From Phycisphaerae bacterium (GTDB lineage Bacteria; Planctomycetota; Phycisphaerae; WQYP01): DNA of 64,000 nucleotides. The translations under genes were made by a program, and so were the position numbers. Positions 32,488 to 42,549 of this stretch are shown one piece after another. How positions within the stretch are numbered: position 1 is the first letter of the stretch; each line of letters starts with the position of its first letter. The stretch is from NCBI GenBank assembly GCA_038248985.1, contig JBBRWV010000003.1:437-64436 (forward strand). Reading direction: 5' to 3'. The notes below the pieces were generated by a model. That model had not been told where the DNA came from. It saw nothing but the letters and a program-made list of their open reading frames with translations, and made no database searches.

Positions 32488-34716
32488 CTAACCCGATATT
32501 ACCCGCTGCATCTCCGCCATTTGCGCATCGAGGTCATCCCCCTCAATTGCCGCACTTTGTGGCATCCGGCACTGCCCCTCCCGCTCGGGCTCAATTCCAT
32601 ATTCCCCGATCAGGCCGTGCGAACGCACCAGCAGGTTGGCCCGCGGCCGCCGATGATGAAACAACGCCTGCCCGCAGCTCTCGCATTCCCGCATCGTCTC
32701 CAGTTTTTCCAGATACTTGATCACGGTATTGACCAGCGTCGCGTGCGACCACGTCAGGGGCGATACGCTCAACGGCTGATTGGTGTACGGATGCACCTGC
32801 TCCGCCAGAACTCCCGACGCCAGCGCGTGATCCGCCACCCACTCCAGAATCGGCAGCGCCGCCTGCAACTCCTCCACGGTCTGCGCCCGCGAGATCTTGT
32901 AATCCGCCAGCCAGGTCGTGCAGATGAACCACGGATTCCCCGGTACTTTTTCAATGTCGTTGGTTACGCGGTGATAGTAATCGTTCTCATACCGCGCCAC
33001 GCCTCCCACCGCGGTCTTGCACCACAATCGCTCTTCGATGGCCCGCATGGTCGCGTCCACCCGCACATCGTCAGCCGGCAGCAGGTGAAACTTGTAAATC
33101 CCGTACATCGACGCATCCAGCGTCTCATCCACGTTGTACCCGCCGCTCTCAAACGGCGTGATTCGCCGCACGAACCGCCCCAGTTTCTCCGACCACATGT
33201 GTTTGCAGAATGCTTCCTGTATCTCCTCCGCGGCCTTGGCGTAACGCTCGGCACGCTCCCCATCGCCAAAACAAATCGCAAAATTCGCTGCGGCCTTCAA
33301 TCCCCCATGCACTGCCGCCACCGTAAACGCATGAATCCCCCAGCGCTCTTCCCACAAATCATACGAACCTCCGGGCAATCCGGTGTGCTTGTCCCGATAC
33401 GAGACCATGAAATCCGCCGCTTTGGTAATCAGCGACAGATACAGCGGCCGCACAAACTCAATGTCCCGATAGCGGAAAAAGTGCCGCCACAAGGCCCACA
33501 GCACCAGCGCTGTCTCATCTTCCTGAATGGGCAACTGCTGCTTGCCCTTGTAAACCCACGGGTGCCATGAAGAAGCCGGCGATCCATCCGGATTGTATTT
33601 GTGCAGAAAGAATCCCGCATCAGTGATCACATCTTTGCAAAAGGTATAAAACCACCGCGTCACATCCGGAAAGCCCGCGAGGTCCAGCGCGTGCGCCACA
33701 AGCGCTCCATCCCGCGGCCACATGTACGAGTACGTGTCGCGGTTGAACTGCAGGTAATCCGAATCATTGGCCGCAATGATTGCTCCGTTGTTGTTGATCT
33801 GCGTGCGCAACACCAGCAGGGATCGCTTGAACAGCGTACTGATCTTGGCGGGCAAATCGCCAAAATTGATATTCAGCGAGCCGACCCACAAACGCCAATA
33901 CGACGTTGTCCGATCGATCACTCCCTGGGGCGAGGTCTTCTGCAAAAATTGATGCTGCTCCAGCAAATCCGCCCGGCTCTTCCCCGCGGCGATCACCAGG
34001 TAAAACGTCTTTTCTTCCTGCGGCCCAAGATCGACATGCAGCGCCATCGTCGAATCCACCGACCCCTGCGCGATGGGATTGCCTCCCAGTTTGCCGTCCT
34101 CTGCATCGCGCCACGTCCCTTCGGCACCATTGAATCCCGATGTTCCCGCTGCAAATTCATCGATCCGCTGTTCCCCTTCCGCAAAGAAGGTCGCCATCAA
34201 GTAGCGTTGCCCGCGGTAATGAATCAGTGAGCGAAGTTCTGGATCAAAATACGCCGTGTCCCCCACATTGTTCCCATACATATGGAAATCCTGGTGATGA
34301 AACACCGTGACCCGCCACGTGTGATGGGCACAATTTCGGAGGCGAATGCGCCTTACCAAAATCGGCCGGTGAAAATCCACAACATCGTTGCACGTCATCG
34401 ACAGCATCAAGCCGCGATGTTCCAGAAGCACGTTCGTCACCAGCGTGTCATGCAAATACCTGAGCTTCTTGTCCCAACCGTCATTCGTCCAGCACAGCCG
34501 CTGATAGGATGGCTCCGTCCGAATCGTCGGCAATCCGTCCGGCGCGTCATGCTCCAGATGCACGACCGGCACATCGGTGAATACCCCAAAACGACATGGC
34601 TCAGCACCACCGTGGTTCTCCTGACCCACATGGGGATAATAAATGTCGCGTATTTGGTAATTCTGATCGTAGCAAACAAGAAGTTGACCGTTGCCGACAG
34701 GAATGTCGCGCGGCAT
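32488..34716 (-). CDS. glycoside hydrolase family 15 (glucoamylase/glucodextranase/trehalase-like)
   Basis: start at MPRDIPVGNGQLLV; bacterial GH15 N-terminal beta-sandwich plus (alpha/alpha)6 catalytic domain (MWPRDGALVAHALDLAG, LWEERWGIHAFTVAAVHGGL); uses TAG as stop. Confidence 0.8.
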   Translation of the reverse strand: MPRDIPVGNGQLLVCYDQNYQIRDIYYPHVGQENHGGAEPCRFGVFTDVPVVHLEHDAPDGLPTIRTEPSYQRLCWTNDGWDKKLRYLHDTLVTNVLLEHRGLMLSMTCNDVVDFHRPILVRRIRLRNCAHHTWRVTVFHHQDFHMYGNNVGDTAYFDPELRSLIHYRGQRYLMATFFAEGEQRIDEFAAGTSGFNGAEGTWRDAEDGKLGGNPIAQGSVDSTMALHVDLGPQEEKTFYLVIAAGKSRADLLEQHQFLQKTSPQGVIDRTTSYWRLWVGSLNINFGDLPAKISTLFKRSLLVLRTQINNNGAIIAANDSDYLQFNRDTYSYMWPRDGALVAHALDLAGFPDVTRWFYTFCKDVITDAGFFLHKYNPDGSPASSWHPWVYKGKQQLPIQEDETALVLWALWRHFFRYRDIEFVRPLYLSLITKAADFMVSYRDKHTGLPGGSYDLWEERWGIHAFTVAAVHGGLKAAANFAICFGDGERAERYAKAAEEIQEAFCKHMWSEKLGRFVRRITPFESGGYNVDETLDASMYGIYKFHLLPADDVRVDATMRAIEERLWCKTAVGGVARYENDYYHRVTNDIEKVPGNPWFICTTWLADYKISRAQTVEELQAALPILEWVADHALASGVLAEQVHPYTNQPLSVSPLTWSHATLVNTVIKYLEKLETMRECESCGQALFHHRRPRANLLVRSHGLIGEYGIEPEREGQCRMPQSAAIEGDDLDAQMAEMQRVISG

Positions 34717-34957
34717 GACGCCTCCGTGCGAGAAACGCCGCAACCGAATCGAAGCACACCGCCTCGCATTCATACCTGGACCATTGCGACTCCCGACTGT
34801 ATCGGTCGTTGTCCTACCCTGCTCAAGTGCGTTCGTCTCCGACTCCGCCCTCCAAGAAACTTTGCACCCAACGCTTCTAAACTAGGCCCCTACAGACGCC
34901 GATAACTCTTTGTGACAGCCGCATTGCCGGTCCACTTTATTGCGTTTTTGCAGGTGA

Positions 34958-36985
34958 ATGATGACCGCCACCATCACGGCCAATAAACCCGATTTGGCGA
35001 CCACTCTCCAAAACGCCGTCGCCTCACTCAATCAGGTCATTCAAACCCAGCCCGATTCCGACCGCCTTCTTGCGGAAATGGTCCGTCTTTCCGGCTGCGC
35101 GCTCGGCGCTGGCGGGGCCGGTGTCTGGATCACCGACAAACCCGATCGCCCGGAACTCATCCTCGAACACAATCTTCAGCCGCTGGGATTTCTCACTTCC
35201 GAAGCTGTGCTGCCAGGTCTCCTGCGCGCCGTACGCCGCAGCGCCCGTGAAGGCAAATCGCTCATCGTCCCTCCCTTCTTCGTCGAAGCCGAGGCCGGCG
35301 ATACGCCCGTCAATCCTTCGCCGCTGGAACTTCTCTTCGTCCCGATGAAGCTGCACGGAAAAGTCGCCATGATCCTCCTTGTGGCTGTCCCACCTGCGGC
35401 AGATAACGATGTCGATATGCATCGCACCTGCCTCAACTTCCTCGCCCGCATGGTCAACACCTGCGAAGCCAACCTCACTGAACGCCACCTGACCCTCATT
35501 GAAAAAGATCGCGGCACATCCAGCAAACTCGTCCGCTTCACTGATGAAATCCACAAGCACCTCTTCGTCCAGCAAACCGCCACGGACATCGCCAATCTCG
35601 GTCGCGACGTGCTCGATGCCGACCGTGTCACTGTCGAACTCTACCCCCGCATGAAAAAGAAAGTCATTGCCGTCTCAAACGTCGCCGAGCCCAACAAACG
35701 CGCCGCCGTCTTCCAACTGCAGCGTCTCCTTTTTGATTACGTTCGCGATCGCCAGGTCCCGGTCGTGCTCGATCGTCAAAGTGCTTCCCAACTCGTCAGC
35801 GATCCCATGCTTCAGGATGCCGCCACCGCGTACTTTTCCGCCACGGAGTTCGAAGCCTTCCTCGCCGCCCCCATCAAATCGGATGATGCCAAATCCACCA
35901 TCCTTGGCGTCGTCCTGGCCGAGTACGTATCCACGCAAAAGGCTCAACTCAATTCTCCCACCATGGCCGACGTCGCGCGTCTCTCCACCCGTTGCGTCCT
36001 AAACTCCCTCGATCACGAATCCATTCCTTTTCGCAAGACCCTTCACGCGGTTCGCAAGCTCTTCGCTTCACCGTTCAGCACCAAGAAGAAGGCCGCAATC
36101 ACGCTTGCCGCCGTCGCGCTCGTCGTTTGCACTTTCCTCTGTGTCGTCCCACTCGACAACGCCATCCGCGCCGATTGTCTCGTGCGTCCCAGTGCCCAAC
36201 TCACCATCGCCGCTCCTTCTGAACAACGCATCATCGAGATTCCCGTCCGCACCGGCGAGCATGTCTATCCACTTTCCATGCGTCCCCAGCTTGGCGACAA
36301 GGTCAAGCCCCTCGCCATCTTTGACACCACCGAACTCATCGCCTCCCGCGCCGAGCAAGTCGGCAAAACTGGCGAGTTGCACGTTCAACTCAAAGAAGCC
36401 GAACGACGCGGCGAAATCGCCAAGCTCGGCGGCATCAAGTTGCAGATCGAGCAGGTGGAAAAGCAAATCGCCCTGCTCGATCACCAGATCGCTCAAAGCA
36501 CCGTCTGGAGCCCCATCGAAGGCACTGTCATCACCGAGAAAATCGAAGGCAAAAAATGGAGCGTCCCGCGCAAGAGCGAACCTCTCATGGAGGTCGCCAG
36601 CTTCGCGGATTGGGAACTCGTCGTCGACGTCCCCGAAAATGAAGTCGCCTCCGTGCAGGCGGCTCTCCTCCGAGCGCAGCAGAATGGCCTCCGCGCCGGC
36701 CACGACGATCAGGGTATCCCCATCGAGTACGTTTTGTACCCGTGGCCCGATCAACGCTACTCACTCCGCGCCAAGGGCGTTGCCTCCGTCCTTCCCGCGT
36801 CCATGCAAAGCAAGCAGGCCAACGTCTTTCGCCTCCAAGTGAAGCTCGATCCCCAAAGCCTCCCGCCCGGTCTCTCCATGAGCGGCGTCACCGGTCGTGC
36901 CAAGATTCATGTCGGCACCCAACCCCTCGCCCAGCAATGGACCCGGGGGGCCGCGCGCCTCCTCCGCATGACCATCTTCTTCTGA
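34958..36985 (+). CDS. membrane-fusion (HlyD-like) protein with a large N-terminal cytoplasmic tandem GAF-like region
   Basis: 675 aa; ~390 aa soluble N-terminal region with GAF-like features, one TM (AAITLAAVALVVCTFLCVV), then barrel-sandwich/coiled-coil/beta-barrel region typical of HlyD-family periplasmic adaptors. Confidence 0.55.
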   Translation: MMTATITANKPDLATTLQNAVASLNQVIQTQPDSDRLLAEMVRLSGCALGAGGAGVWITDKPDRPELILEHNLQPLGFLTSEAVLPGLLRAVRRSAREGKSLIVPPFFVEAEAGDTPVNPSPLELLFVPMKLHGKVAMILLVAVPPAADNDVDMHRTCLNFLARMVNTCEANLTERHLTLIEKDRGTSSKLVRFTDEIHKHLFVQQTATDIANLGRDVLDADRVTVELYPRMKKKVIAVSNVAEPNKRAAVFQLQRLLFDYVRDRQVPVVLDRQSASQLVSDPMLQDAATAYFSATEFEAFLAAPIKSDDAKSTILGVVLAEYVSTQKAQLNSPTMADVARLSTRCVLNSLDHESIPFRKTLHAVRKLFASPFSTKKKAAITLAAVALVVCTFLCVVPLDNAIRADCLVRPSAQLTIAAPSEQRIIEIPVRTGEHVYPLSMRPQLGDKVKPLAIFDTTELIASRAEQVGKTGELHVQLKEAERRGEIAKLGGIKLQIEQVEKQIALLDHQIAQSTVWSPIEGTVITEKIEGKKWSVPRKSEPLMEVASFADWELVVDVPENEVASVQAALLRAQQNGLRAGHDDQGIPIEYVLYPWPDQRYSLRAKGVASVLPASMQSKQANVFRLQVKLDPQSLPPGLSMSGVTGRAKIHVGTQPLAQQWTRGAARLLRMTIFF

Positions 36986-37020
36986 TACGTTTCCCTCAAC
37001 CGCCTCACGAGGTCGCCCCC

Positions 37021-39201
37021 ATGGCGCATGATGAGAAAAAAGATTTCCGCGTGGCCGTCGGCTCCGAGCCTTCCGATCGCCCCATTTCCCCCTTGCGCAC
37101 TGATTTGCTCATCAGCCCGCAGCTTTTCTACGCCAAACTCTGCTTTGTCGTCAAAGACCCCGTCACCCTCAAATACTTCCGCCTGCAGCCCGTGGAACAT
37201 TTCCTCTGCACCCAGCTCGACGGCACCCGCACCGCCCGCGATCTCCTCGCCATCCTCCAACAGCAGTTCCCCGAGTCCTCCCTCACGGTCCAGGAAGTCC
37301 TCCGCTTCGTCGGCATGCTCCACGAATCCAACCTCCTCATCGGCGAAGGCGTCGCCCATTCCGAGTGGCTGGCCAAACGCAAATCCGACTCCCGCAATCG
37401 CCAGTTCAAAGAACTCGCGCAGAATTTTCTCTTCTTCAAAATCCCCCTCTTCCAGCCCGACAAACTCCTCACCCTCATGGAAGCAGTCCTCGGCAAGCTC
37501 ATCTTCAGCTACCTTACCGGCATCGCCTGCATCCTGTTTGCCCTCGCCGCCCTCTGGCAAGTCCTCATGAATACCGACCGCCTCGCCAACCTCCCCTTCA
37601 ATTTGCTCGGCTGGGAAAACCTCCTCCTCATGTATTGTGTCTTCGTCGTCACCAAGGTCTTCCACGAGTTCGGCCACGGCCTCGCCACCAAGCACTTCGG
37701 CGGCGAAGTCTCCTCCATGGGCGTCATGCTCTTCATGTTCACCCCCGCCTTCTATTGCGACACTTCCGACGCCTGGATGATCCCCAGCCGCCCCGCCCGC
37801 CTCTGGATCAACGCCGGCGGCATCGTCGTCGAACTCGTCATCGCCTCCTTTGCCACCTTCGTCTGGCTCCTCTCCGCCCCCGATACCTTCCTCCACCAGA
37901 TCGCCGTTGACACCATGATCTCCTGCTCCGTCGCCACCCTCTTTTTCAACGCCAATCCCCTCATGCGCTACGATGGCTACTACTTCCTCGCCGATCTTCT
38001 CGAAATCCCCAACCTCATGTCCAAGGGCAAAGACTTCATCGGCTACTACATCAAAAAATATATCTTCGGTCTCAAACCCTCCATGCCCCCCGATCAAGAC
38101 CGCCTCCGCTGGCTCATCCCCTACGCTATCGCCAGCACCATCTACCGCTGGATCATCACCTTCAGCATCATCGCCGTCCTCTACTACGTTTGCGACCAGT
38201 ACGGCCTCGGACCCTTCGGCGTCATGCTCGCCGTCCTCTACATCCTCATGACCGTCCTGTGGCCCATGTTCAAATCCGTCCGCTTCGTCTGGAAACAACG
38301 CTGGGAATTCACCCGCCGTGTCGCCTGGGCCTCCGCCATCACCGCCGTGGGCCTCGGCCTCCTCGCCGCCATCGCCTTCATTCCGTGGGGCCATTCCATC
38401 CGCGAGCCCCTCGTCGTCCTCACCCAAAAGGATGAAACCCTCTTCGTGCAAACGCCCGGCATCCTCCAATCCGTCCATCGCGACATCGGCGACACCGTCA
38501 AAAAAGGCGACCTCATCGCCGTCTTCCAGGACCCCGTCCTTGTCAACATGCTCGACAAAGCCACCGCGCTCCGCGATCAGGAAGTTCTCCTCTCCCGCAC
38601 CGCCGCTGCCGAAAACAAACCCGCCGTCATGGCCGCTGCTGCCACCGCCATTGATGCCTACGACCATCAAATCGCCCTCATCCAGTCGCGCCTCCGCGAA
38701 CTCGAAATCCGTGCCCCCATCAACGGCGTCCTCGTCGGCGAACAGCCCATCAAACGTTTCGTCGGCGACTACCTGCCCCCGGGCGAAAAGCTCTGCCGCG
38801 TCATCCGCCCCGATAGCCTCCAGGTCCAGATCAGCCTCCCCCAGCAGCAGGCCGCCCTCGTCACCCCGGATATGAAAGTCCGCATCCGCCTCTGGTCCGA
38901 CTCCGGCCACGTCATCAACGCCACCGTCACCCGCATCAGCAGCACCGTCAGTGACCAACTCATCCACCCTGCACTTGCCAGTACGATCAAGGGTGAAGTC
39001 GACGTCCACGCCGATGCCGAAGGGAAAATCCGCTCCACCACCCGACGCAGCACCGTCATCATCAACCTCCCGTCCGATCTCAACGCGTTCATCGCCGATG
39101 GCATGACCGGCCGCGGCGAAATCGTCGTCCGCCAGACCACCGTCGCCGGTCGCGTGTGGCGTGCCATTTTGGATTCCACCACCCCCGACTGGCACCTCTG
39201 A
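37021..39201 (+). CDS. tripartite fusion: PqqD-like (RRE-type) domain, M50 site-2-protease-like membrane metallopeptidase, and C-terminal HlyD-like adaptor domain
   Basis: start MAHDEKKDF 36 nt after the upstream stop; N-terminal FLCTQLDGTRTARDLLAILQQQF...VLRFVGMLHESNLL resembles PqqD/RRE; membrane core carries HEFGHGLATKHFGG (HExxH) and a downstream conserved Asp region; C-terminal ~300 aa coiled-coil/beta-barrel (ELEIRAPINGVLVGEQ...) like HlyD. Confidence 0.6.
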   Translation: MAHDEKKDFRVAVGSEPSDRPISPLRTDLLISPQLFYAKLCFVVKDPVTLKYFRLQPVEHFLCTQLDGTRTARDLLAILQQQFPESSLTVQEVLRFVGMLHESNLLIGEGVAHSEWLAKRKSDSRNRQFKELAQNFLFFKIPLFQPDKLLTLMEAVLGKLIFSYLTGIACILFALAALWQVLMNTDRLANLPFNLLGWENLLLMYCVFVVTKVFHEFGHGLATKHFGGEVSSMGVMLFMFTPAFYCDTSDAWMIPSRPARLWINAGGIVVELVIASFATFVWLLSAPDTFLHQIAVDTMISCSVATLFFNANPLMRYDGYYFLADLLEIPNLMSKGKDFIGYYIKKYIFGLKPSMPPDQDRLRWLIPYAIASTIYRWIITFSIIAVLYYVCDQYGLGPFGVMLAVLYILMTVLWPMFKSVRFVWKQRWEFTRRVAWASAITAVGLGLLAAIAFIPWGHSIREPLVVLTQKDETLFVQTPGILQSVHRDIGDTVKKGDLIAVFQDPVLVNMLDKATALRDQEVLLSRTAAAENKPAVMAAAATAIDAYDHQIALIQSRLRELEIRAPINGVLVGEQPIKRFVGDYLPPGEKLCRVIRPDSLQVQISLPQQQAALVTPDMKVRIRLWSDSGHVINATVTRISSTVSDQLIHPALASTIKGEVDVHADAEGKIRSTTRRSTVIINLPSDLNAFIADGMTGRGEIVVRQTTVAGRVWRAILDSTTPDWHL

Positions 39202-39258
39202 CCCGACCGCCCTGAATGCAACGTGCGGCGTGCCTTCCTCCTGAAAAATTCCGCCTGA

Positions 39259-41369
39259 TTACTTACGCACTTTATCCCACTGCTTTTCCATGCGCCGCGG
39301 CGAAATTGGAAAAGGCGTTCCCAGCTCCTGCGCAAAGAGTGAAATGCGCAGTTCTTCCAGCATCCAGCGAAACAGTTCCAACTCCGGATCATCGAGGGCC
39401 AGCTTGGCGTGCTGCTGCTGCAGCGCCAGATACTGCGCCCACAGCTCCGCGATCTGTTGTGTGGCGGTCAGGTCCCGGTCGAGATTGTTCTTGTTGGGCA
39501 GCGTGAGTTTTTCCAGCCGCAGACGTATCCCCGCTAAGTAACGCGGGTAGTGCTGCAGCCACTCCCACGGAGTGTTGAGTAAAAAATTAGCCGGCAAGAG
39601 CCGGGCCAGTTGGCCCTGAATATCTGCGATGACCGCCTGCAGCGTGCGCGGGGCATTACTCAGCAGAAGCCGAAGCGTGTGATGCTCCGCCAACAGCTTC
39701 GCCGCTACGGTACACACCGTGTCGGCCGTATCGAGCAGCCGGATAGCCGCGACGGCCGATGCCGCGTGCCACTCGCCCGTCTGCCGCATGAGCGGCGCAT
39801 CCGAAAAAAGCGCCCGATCGATAACCAGCGTGGTCAGCAACTCGCGCAGCTCTTCCGATTTGCCCAGCGCATAATAATGCAACGCCATCTGTTCAAAGTG
39901 CGGCAGATGCGCTGCCAGAAACTTGGTGTCCTTGCGGTGCTCGAACCGGAAAAGTCGTCGCAATCCACCGCGATGGGCCGCGTCGGCGACCTTCTTCGCA
40001 GGAAACAGACGCAAGGCACACGAGTCCGTCTGATCGACCAACGCAGTAATTGCATGAATCGTCATGCCAAAACGCTGCAGTGTGAGCGATTCGGGAAGAT
40101 CCCCAAAATCCCAGGCCATGATGCCGTCGCGATGGAACTCTTTTTGATAGATCTGCGAGAAATGCGTGGCGGCCTGCGGAGCCAGCTTGCGCTGCAGGGC
40201 CGGAAGATCGCGACCGGTGGACAATATCTTTCCCGCATCATCCACTACGGTAAATGCCATCCGCAGGTGATCCGGGAGCGTCGTTTCAGGAAAATCAGCA
40301 GGCGCAATGGCCACCGACGCATGGTGAGCCAGATAGTTCGCCAGCGCCTCCCGCAGCGAAAATTCCGGTGCCTCCGCCTGTGGAAGAAGTGCCGCCGCGG
40401 CAGACTTCGCCCAGTCCGGAACCGGCACAAAGTTGCGGCGCAAGCCCCCGGGCAACGCCCGCAGCAGGGCGCCGATTTTCTCTTCCAACATGCCGGGAAC
40501 AAGCCATTCGTAGCGCTCCGGCCGAAGCTGTGTGAGCGCTGCCAGCGGAACCGTCAGCGAAATCCCGTCATCCGCGTCGGTGGGCTCGTACTTGTAACGC
40601 AGCGGCAGATTGAGCCCCTCGTGACGCACCCGGTCCGGAAAATATTCCGGCGTAATGGGCGGGGCATCCGCACGCAGCAGATCGTCCTTGTTCATGTACA
40701 GCAGATGCGGATGTTCATGTTCCGCCTTTCGCCGCCACGTCTCAAAGCGGGCCCCATCATAAATATCCTGCGGAAGGCGGGCATCGTAAAACGCGTAGCG
40801 TGTGGCAATGTCCGCCAGAAGATTGCGCTGGCGAATTTTAGCTTCCAGCGTCTCCACCTCGGCAATGAGCGCCGCGTTGTGCCGGATGAATGGCGCCTTC
40901 GACTCAAAATCTCCCAGCACCAGGGCATGATGAATGAATAGCTCGCGACTGATCCGCGGGTTGATCGGACCATACGGCACCGGTCGCGCCGGGATAAGCA
41001 CCAGCCCATAAAGCGCGACCTTCTCCGTCGCCAGCACCGACGCCGTCGTGTTGTCATACCGCGGATCAGAATACGTGCGCACCACCAAATGGTCCGCCGC
41101 GCGTTCGATCCATTGCGGCTGAATGCCGGCATTGGTGCGGGCGTAGAGCTTCGTCGTTTCGACGAGCTCCGCCGCCATTAGCCACTTGGGTTTTTGCGAA
41201 AACAACGCGGACCCGGGAAAAATGGAAAAGCGCGCGGATCGAAGCCCGAGATATTCGTACGTGTCCGATTTGATGCCCACATTGCTGATCAAACCCGCCA
41301 GCAACGCGCGGTGGATCGCATCGTATTTGGGATGCCGGGGCCGGCGATGTTGTGGCGGCGCGAATTCCA
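39259..41369 (-). pseudogene. hrpA: ATP-dependent helicase HrpA, C-terminal half (DUF3418-type region), detached from the N-terminal half and inverted
   Basis: HrpA homology starts at ...HPKYDAIHRALLAGLISNVGIKSDTYEYLGLRSARFSIFPGSALFSQKPKWLMAAELVETTKLYA (compare E. coli HrpA EYREIHIALLTGLLSHIGMKD...ARFSIFPGSGLFKK.PKWVMVAELVETSRLW) and runs to the stop; the 5' 60 codons of the ORF are non-homologous read-in; possible internal start MEFAPP at 41369. Confidence 0.8.
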
Positions 41370-41470
41370 TGCGGACATTGAAGGGCACCCGATCCCGAAA
41401 GGCAAGCGTGCGGCGAGCGCCAAAAATGGCTCGCTTGGCGAAAGCACACGCTACGGCGATGATTGGGACA

Positions 41471-42138
41471 TGATGAAATTCATGACCTGTTTTGCAGCTA
41501 TTCTTTTGCTGAGCGGCTTTGCCTTGGCATGGGAGATCGAAGGCCCGCGGCCTTCGACGCAATCACAACCGATGAACGCCCCCGACCCTTCTTCAGCCTT
41601 GCCGGCCTGGGCATCCCCGTCGCCGCCAACCACTTCGGCTGATGATTCCGACGATTCGACAGGGCCGCTTCTGATTATTTTCGTGATGTTGGTGTTCATA
41701 TTGCTCGCCAGTGCTGTCGCCTTGGTGGTGGCCGCCGTGCTGGGCCTTTTGCTGTTGTTGCTCCTGATCTTGGGAATCGTTTCTGCGTCCGTCTCTATTG
41801 GCATCGCCAAACGTTCGATGGGCGCTGCCTTTCGCGCGTGCCTGGCCATGTGTGCCGGCGTGATGATGGCCATCCTGGCACCGATGGTTTCATCGGCAGC
41901 GTTGCTGTTGATCGGCAGAAACGTGCCTGGTTGGACCGTGCCGGTAGCCGCAATCACGGGTGCCGTGGCCGGGGGATTCCTCGGATATTTTGTCGCAGTG
42001 CTGATAGGCCTGATGCTGACGGGCATCGTGAATGGCGTGCGCCGGTGGACCCATCCCACCTCGCCCGTGCGCCGCGCATTTCCAGTGGCTTCTACCAGGG
42101 AGATCGTTGATGAAGACCGACCAGACGACCACCATTGA
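41471..42138 (+). CDS. hypothetical membrane protein with N-terminal signal peptide and Pro/Ser-rich linker
   Basis: start MMKFMTCFAAILLLSGFALA; hydrophobic multi-TM C-terminal region; 3' end overlaps the mazG-like start by ~20 nt; weak support. Confidence 0.35.
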
Positions 42139-42478
42139 AGACCTCCGCGTGTTGATGCGGCAATTCGTGGCCGAACGCGATTGGCAAAAGTTTCACAACC
42201 CACGCAACATCGCCGCCAGCGTCTGCGTCGAGGCCGGCGAATTGCTCGAACATTTTCAATGGGTGGATAACGCCGTGGCCATGGAACGCCTCAAGACTGA
42301 TCCCGCGTACAAAAAAGCCGTCGGGGAGGAGTTTGCCGATGTGCTTATGTACCTAATGTCACTGGCGAATGCCCTCGAAATTGACGTAAGCCAGACAGTA
42401 CACGCGAAAATGGCACGCAACCGCACGAAGTATCCCCCCGAGGAATTCAAAGGAAAATACCAGCGCCCGCTGGAGTAG
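42118..42478 (+). CDS. MazG-like all-alpha nucleotide pyrophosphohydrolase
   Basis: 120 aa from MKTDQTT; EAGELLEHFQW and EEFADVLMYL motifs characteristic of the MazG/HisE NTP-PPase fold. Confidence 0.7.
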
Positions 42479-42549
42479 CCGGTTCCCCGTCCCCAAGAGG
42501 AACCGGCTGGAAATTGGCAACTGGCTGTTGCGCAATTACACTGCCCGCC

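Noticed and set aside
39259-41562. Treating the whole 767-aa minus-strand ORF as an intact protein
   Set aside because: Only the region downstream of ~41340 aligns to HrpA; the first ~60 codons (MRRRPRAFDLPCQGKAAQQ...) are read-in across the inversion junction, not a native N-terminus.
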